Origin: the human T2T-CHM13v2.0 reference genome, Homo sapiens | DNA: 64,000 nucleotides | NCBI RefSeq assembly: GCF_009914755.1 | Contig: NC_060929.1 | Direction: 5' to 3' (one strand) | Part shown: positions 61,901 to 64,000 of the stretch, one piece after another | Layout of the letters: every line of letters begins with the position of its first letter | How positions within the stretch are numbered: position 1 is the stretch's first letter | Position numbers and translations under genes: made by a program | Notes under the pieces: generated by a model | Database searches by the model: none | Told to the model about the DNA's origin: nothing | Seen by the model: only the letters and a program-made list of their open reading frames with translations

Positions 61901-64000
61901 AGAAGAATTCTCAGTAACTTCCTTGTGTTGTGTGTATTCAACTCACAGAGTTGAACGATCCTTTACACAGAGCAGACTTGTAACACTCTTTTTGTGGAAT
62001 TTGCAAGTAGAGATTTCAGCCGCTTTGAAGTCAAAGGTAGAAAAGGAAATATCTTCCTATAAACACTAGACAGAATGATTCTCAGAAACTCCTTTGTGAT
62101 GTGTGCGTTCAACTCACAGAGTTTAACCTTTCTTTTCATAGAGCAGTTAGGAAACACTCTGTTTGTAAAGTCTGCAAGTGTATATTCAGACCTCTTTGAG
62201 GCCTTCGTTGGAAACGGGTTTTTTTCATATAAGGCTAGACAGAAGAATTCCCAGTAACTTCCTTGTGTTGTGTGTGTTCAACTCACAGAGTTGAACTTTC
62301 ATTTACACAGAGCAGATTTGAAACACTCTTTTTGTGGAGTTTGCATGTGGAGATTTCAAGCGCTTTGAGGCCAAAGGCAGAAAAGGAAATATCTTCGTAT
62401 AAAAACTAGACAGAATCATTCTCAGAAACTGCTCTGCGATGTGTGCGTTCAACTCTCAGAGTTTAACTTTTCTTTTCATTCAGAGTTTGGAAACACTCTG
62501 TTTGTAAAGTCTGCACGTGGATATTTTGACCACTTAGAGGCCTTCGTTGGAAACGGGTTTCTTTCCTGTAAGGCTAGACAGAAGAATTCCCAGTAACTTC
62601 CTTGTGTTGTGTACATTCAACTCACAGAGTTGAACGTTCCCTTAGACAGAGCAGATTTGAAACACTCTTTTTGTGCAATTGGCAAGTGGAGATTTCAAGC
62701 ACTTTAAGGTCAATGGCAGAAAAGGAAATATCTTCGTTTCAAAACTAGACAGAATCATTCCCACAAACTGCGTTGTGATGTGTTCGGTCAACTCACAGAG
62801 TTTAACCTTTCTTTTCATAGAGCAGTTAGGAAACAGTCTGTTTGTCAATTCTGTAAGTGGATATTCTGACATCTTGTGGCCTTCGTTGGAAACGGGATTT
62901 CTTCATATTCTGCTAGACAGAAGAATTCTCAGAATCTTCCTTGTGTTGTGTGTATTCAACTCACAGAGTTGAACGATCCTTTACACAGAGCAGACTTGAT
63001 GCACTCTTTTTGTGGAATTTGCAAGTGGAGATTTCAGCCGCTTTGAGGTCCATGGTAGAAAAGGAAATATCTTCGTATAAAAACTAGACAGAATGATTCT
63101 CAGAAACTTCTTTGTGATGTGTGCGTTCAACTCACAGAGTTTAACCTTTCTTTTCATAGAGCAGTTAGGAAACACTCTGTTTGTAAACTCTGCAAGTGGA
63201 TATTCAGACCTCTTTGAGGCCTTCATTGGAAACGGGATTTCTCCATACTATGCTAGACAGAAGAATTCTCATTAACTTCCTTGTGTTGTGTGTATTCAAC
63301 TCACAGAGTTGAACGATCCTTTACACAGAGCGGACTTGAAACACTCTTTTTGTGGAATTTGCAAGTGGAGATTTCAGCCGCGTTGAGGTCAATGGCAGAA
63401 AAGGAAATCTCTTCGTATAAAAACTAGACAGAATGATTCTCAGAAACTCCTTTGAGATGTGTGCGCTCAACTCACAGAGTTTAACCTTTCTTTTCATAGA
63501 GCAGTTAGGAAACACTCTGTTTGTAAAGTCTGAAGGTGGATATTCAGACCTCTTTGAGGTCTTCGTTGGAAATGGGTTTTTTCATATAAGGCTAGACAGA
63601 AGAATTCCCAGTAACTTCCTTGTGTTGTGTGTGTTCAACTCACAGAGTTGAACTTTCATTTACACAGAGCAGATTTGAAACACTCTTTTTGTGGAATTTG
63701 CAAATGGAGATTTCAAGCGGTTTGAGGCCAAAGGCAGAAAAGGAAATATCTTCGTATAAAAACTAGACAGAATCATTCTCAGAAACTGCTCTGCGATGTG
63801 TGCGTTCAACTCTCAGAGTTTAACTTTTCTTTTCATTCAGCAGTTTGGAAACACTCTGTTTGTAAAGTCTGCACGTGGATAATTTGACCACTTAGAGGCC
63901 TTCGTTGGAAACGGGTTTTTTTCATGTAAGGCTAGACAGAAGAATTCTCAGTAACTTCCTTGTGTTGTGTGTATTCAACTCACAGAGTTGAACGATCCTT
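49950..64000 (+). repeat. Haplotype domain Z (regular 12-mers)
   Basis: GTCCATGG occurs with TTCAACTCAC. Every B dimer has TATAAACACTAG (~52205, 53905, 55943, 57982, 60020, 62059). E has GAGCGGAC. GGGTTTCTTTCC is frequent in A2. Confidence 0.75.
50692..52730 (+). repeat. Representative full 12-mer HOR (dimers C-D-E-A1-B-A2, ~2039 bp)
   Basis: C: GTGTACATTC/GTTCCCTTAGAC/CCCACAAAC, 339 bp. D: CTCAGAATCTT/AAACTTCTTTG/AAACTCTGC. E: GTCAATGG/AACTCCTTTG/CATATAAG. A1: CTTTCATT/GGATAATTTG/CATGTAAG. B: CTTGTAACAC/GAAGTCAAAGG/CTTCCTATA. A2: GGATATTTTG/CCTGTAAG. The C landmark recurs at 50750 and 52789. Confidence 0.9.

Larger units (their letters stand above)
1..64000 (+). repeat. Alpha satellite array, suprachromosomal family 1 (J1/J2 ~340 bp dimer), homogeneous HOR-type centromeric array
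   Basis: Continuous tandem monomers, e.g. 80-250 (171 bp) and 251-419 (169 bp). GAATTC recurs every ~340 bp. Hallmark alphoid motifs are present (TTCAACTCACAGAG, GAAACACTCT, TGCAAGTGGA, AGAAAAGGAAATATCTTC, CTAGACAGAA) and a CENP-B box sits in alternate monomers. No non-satellite sequence seen and the orientation is the same throughout. Confidence 0.99.
1..64000 (+). repeat. Subfamily guess: S1C1/5/19H1L (D1Z7/D5Z2/D19Z3)-like or the related D16Z2 HOR
   Basis: The D/E dimers match my recollection of the 'Cen1-like' 340 bp consensus, and the C dimer (GTTCCCTTAGAC...CATTCCCACAAACTGCGTTG...CTGACATCTTGTGGCC) resembles that clade. This is recognition from memory, not an alignment; other SF1 arrays such as D10Z1 are not excluded. 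Confidence 0.55.

Noticed and set aside
477-63651. Hundreds of 60-100 aa ORFs on both strands (MFPNCSMKRK..., MILRNSFVMC..., MQLASGDFK..., MSEYPLTEF...)
   Set aside because: They recur with the 340 bp period, overlap on opposite strands, mostly use GTG/TTG-type starts, and appear or vanish with random SNVs and indels. They are chance frames in satellite DNA, and I used them only as positional landmarks.
1-64000. CRISPR-like or diversity-cassette system (palindromic repeat plus variable units)
   Set aside because: There are no unique spacers, since intervening sequence is itself repeated, and no cas, recombinase or reverse transcriptase genes. The pattern is fully explained by alpha satellite.
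1-64000. Embedded L1/Alu/ERV insertion, inversion or non-alphoid island
   Set aside because: All C-to-C spacings are multiples of ~340 bp within a few bases and motifs stay on one strand, leaving no room for an insertion. No poly-A tail or target-site duplication was seen.
1-64000. Claim that this window is the kinetochore/CENP-A domain, or a firm chromosome assignment
   Set aside because: CENP-A position is epigenetic and not readable from sequence, and SF1 arrays on several chromosomes are too similar to separate by eye.

Overview
The whole 64 kb window is one uninterrupted, single-orientation array of primate (human-type) centromeric alpha satellite. It belongs to suprachromosomal family 1: alternating ~171 bp J1 (A-type) and ~169 bp J2 (B-type) monomers form a ~340 bp EcoRI dimer, about 188 dimers in all, with a CENP-B box site in every second monomer. 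From memory of the family it most resembles the D1Z7/D5Z2/D19Z3 (S1C1/5/19H1L) or related D16Z2 live arrays, but I cannot fix the chromosome without an alignment. I see no genes, RNAs, transposon insertions or inversions; every ORF in the track is a periodic artefact of the repeat. I found no new coding system. The real structure is higher-order. Six recognisable dimer classes (my labels C, D, E, A1, B, A2) make a 12-mer HOR of ~2039 bp plus 4/6/8/10/14/16/18-mer variants, always an even number of monomers. At least three SNV-defined haplotype domains are present, along with nested local duplications (offsets 1359, 2038, 3738 and 5772 bp), long-range shared patches (12-29 kb apart), apparent micro-conversion tracts and about 21 core-mutated CENP-B boxes. 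All comparisons were made by eye, so counts and breakpoints are approximate.
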